From an uncultured Pseudomonadota bacterium (lineage in GTDB: Bacteria > Pseudomonadota > Gammaproteobacteria > Competibacterales > Competibacteraceae): 32,000 nucleotides of DNA. The first letter of the stretch is position 1, and the number at the start of each line of letters is the position of its first letter. The translations under genes were made by a program, and so were the position numbers. The stretch is from contig CAVSVP010000023.1 in the NCBI GenBank assembly GCA_963731125.1, positions 199,550 through 231,549 on the forward strand, read 5' to 3'. The notes under the pieces were generated by a model, which searched no databases, was not told where the DNA came from, and saw nothing but the letters and a program-made list of their open reading frames with translations. Of this stretch, positions 30,683-32,000 are shown in pieces.

Positions 30683-30979
30683 ATGCTGCGAAAAGCAAAG
30701 GCATGTGACGGCGACTATAATGTTAAATACGATAAACACACCTCTGGCAAATGCCACCCTTATAACAAGCCAGCCGCTTTTGGCAAGCAATCAGCAACCC
30801 GCTTTTCTTATCATTAGGCTTTCGGTTAATACTATCTCTGCTGGCTGCTTACAGGGCGGGGATAAAGGTGTCGGCGCAGCAGCCCATCGCAACCGGATGT
30901 CGGCGCGGGTAATTTCCGGCGCGCGTTATTTAGCAGCGACCCACTCCCTATATTCACTACGACCTTAAAGGGGGTCAGT

Positions 30980-32000
30980 ATGTCCGAACACCAGGCGGAA
31001 ACACTCATGCGGCAGGCCAGTCAGGCTTTGGATGCCGCCCAGAAGACACTCGCTATCGTCTTGGCAAGCCTAAAAGACCGCACTCAGGAAGATGGCAAAA
31101 TTTCGGCAGCTAAGATCGATCGCTATCAGGTAGTTGCCTACGATGCAGCGCTTTCATCGGCAGAAGCCGCCGCTGCGAAATTCATTCTCGACTACGCTGT
31201 AAAGGCTCGGAAAGCGACCGGCGCTAGCGCTGCATCAGCCACCCTCGAAGAACGTTTTGCCCTGCTTTTCACCGCCGAAGCGATTCATTCGATCCGCTCT
31301 CGGCTGCTGGCAAGACCCGATGAGTTTGGCTTAAGCCGCACTAAGCTAGCCTCGCTGGTGGAGAGTGCAGCCGTGGAGCAATTCTGCGCGGCGCAGTTGG
31401 CCGCCGAGAATATCGCCGCATTGGGCGAGGCCGTTTGTGAACTGGATGGTCAGACCGGTGCCTATCTGCTCAATGAAGACCATGTGATGATGCAGGATAC
31501 CTTCCGGCGGTTTGCCAATGATGTGGTAATGCCTCTGGCCAAAGAGATTCACCAGAAAGATCTTCTGATTCCCGAGGAGATCCTCAGTCAGGTGAGCGAA
31601 TTAGGCTGTTTTGGCCTATCCATTCCCCAGCGTTTCGGCGGTCTGCAAGACGATGAACAAGAAGACAACATGGGAATGATCGTGGTCACGGAAGAATTAT
31701 CCCGGGGTTCCTTGGGGGCGGCAGGGAGTTTGATCACGCGTCCGGAGATCCTGGCGCGGGCATTATTGAAAGGAGGCACCGAGGAGCAGAAAGAAAAATG
31801 GTTGCCGCAATTGGCGGCCGGTGATCCCTTATGCGCCGTGGCGGTTACGGAACCTAATTACGGATCCGACGTGGCCAATATGAAGGTGAAAGCTGCTAAG
31901 ACCGAGGGTGGTTGGCTGCTGAACGGTGCCAAGACCTGGTGTACCTTTGGCGGCAAGGCCGGATTGTTATTAGTCCTGGCACGCACCAATCCCGATTCCT
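30980..32000 (+). CDS. Acyl-CoA dehydrogenase family protein with about 165-aa N-terminal helical extension (partial, continues past the window end)
   Basis: Manual translation from the ATG at 30980 (AAGGGGG SD) stays open to the window end: MSEHQAETLMRQASQALDAAQK...LNEDHVMMQDTFRRFANDVVMPLAKEIH...GLSIPQRFGG...MGMIVVTEELSRGSLGAAGSLITRPEI...VAVTEPNYGSDVANMKVKA...GWLLNGAKTWCTFGG, which are ACAD N- and middle-domain signatures. It is not in the ORF track because there is no stop. Confidence 0.85.
   Translation, partial: MSEHQAETLMRQASQALDAAQKTLAIVLASLKDRTQEDGKISAAKIDRYQVVAYDAALSSAEAAAAKFILDYAVKARKATGASAASATLEERFALLFTAEAIHSIRSRLLARPDEFGLSRTKLASLVESAAVEQFCAAQLAAENIAALGEAVCELDGQTGAYLLNEDHVMMQDTFRRFANDVVMPLAKEIHQKDLLIPEEILSQVSELGCFGLSIPQRFGGLQDDEQEDNMGMIVVTEELSRGSLGAAGSLITRPEILARALLKGGTEEQKEKWLPQLAAGDPLCAVAVTEPNYGSDVANMKVKAAKTEGGWLLNGAKTWCTFGGKAGLLLVLARTNPDS

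Noticed and set aside
30781-30796. Sigma54 promoter TGGCAAGCAATCAGCA (GG-N10-GC spacing) upstream of the acyl-CoA dehydrogenase.
   Set aside because: Only the GG and GC dinucleotides and their spacing match. The -12 element lacks the TTGC context, and no enhancer-binding-protein gene or UAS is evident. It is too weak to call.
30581-30817. 78-aa ORF in the AT-rich region as a small protein gene. The overlapping 87-aa ORF 30705..30968 was considered too.
   Set aside because: They have low-complexity Asn/Lys/Leu-rich translations and no SD. They overlap promoter-like and repeat elements, and there is no family resemblance.

Overview
GC-rich proteobacterial chromosome segment; the yceF | yceD-rpmF-plsX synteny suggests a gamma- or betaproteobacterium. 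It mixes core genes with an accessory stretch.

**Core content**
- The window starts with plsX (partial), rpmF and yceD, with yceF transcribed divergently.
- Propionate/methylmalonyl-CoA metabolism is unusually complete:
  - biotin-dependent propionyl-CoA carboxylase, pccB-pccA (2352-5882)
  - a Na+-translocating methylmalonyl-CoA decarboxylase operon, mmdA-D-C-B (17584-21512, minus strand)
  - a VOC-family putative methylmalonyl-CoA epimerase
  - B12-dependent mutase mutA-mutB with its G-protein chaperone meaB
  - a B12-binding radical SAM enzyme
  - a partial acyl-CoA dehydrogenase at the window end

**Accessory stretch (about 5.9-17.5 kb), between the pcc and mmd clusters**
- a membrane-anchored, non-catalytic FGE-like protein
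- a DUF6883/DUF4926 toxin-antitoxin-like pair and a start-less DUF433 fragment
- an Uma2 nuclease
- an AT-richer cytosolic GH13-CBM20 amylase
- DoxX and pirin genes

**Main candidate**
The most interesting locus is a tightly packed, self-terminated three-gene operon (7908-13108, minus strand). It encodes a TIR-domain protein with an unassigned C-terminal domain. It also encodes a MoxR/CoxD-like AAA+ ATPase and a 987-aa three-TM protein. That protein combines a CoxE-like vWA core with a degenerate MIDAS motif and a predicted extracytoplasmic FGE-sulfatase-fold domain lacking the catalytic cysteines. I interpret it as a candidate, experimentally uncharacterised NTPase-driven conflict or defence system.

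**Non-coding structure**
- a modular GC-rich REP-like hairpin family, including an exact 45-mer at two loci and a 3 x 37 bp tandem array, sitting at intercistronic positions
- a 106-bp MITE-like element in two inverted copies
- a recurring GCTGC-N3-GCAGC-type motif in two regulatory regions

All calls rest on manual reading of the sequence and ORF track. No database search was run.
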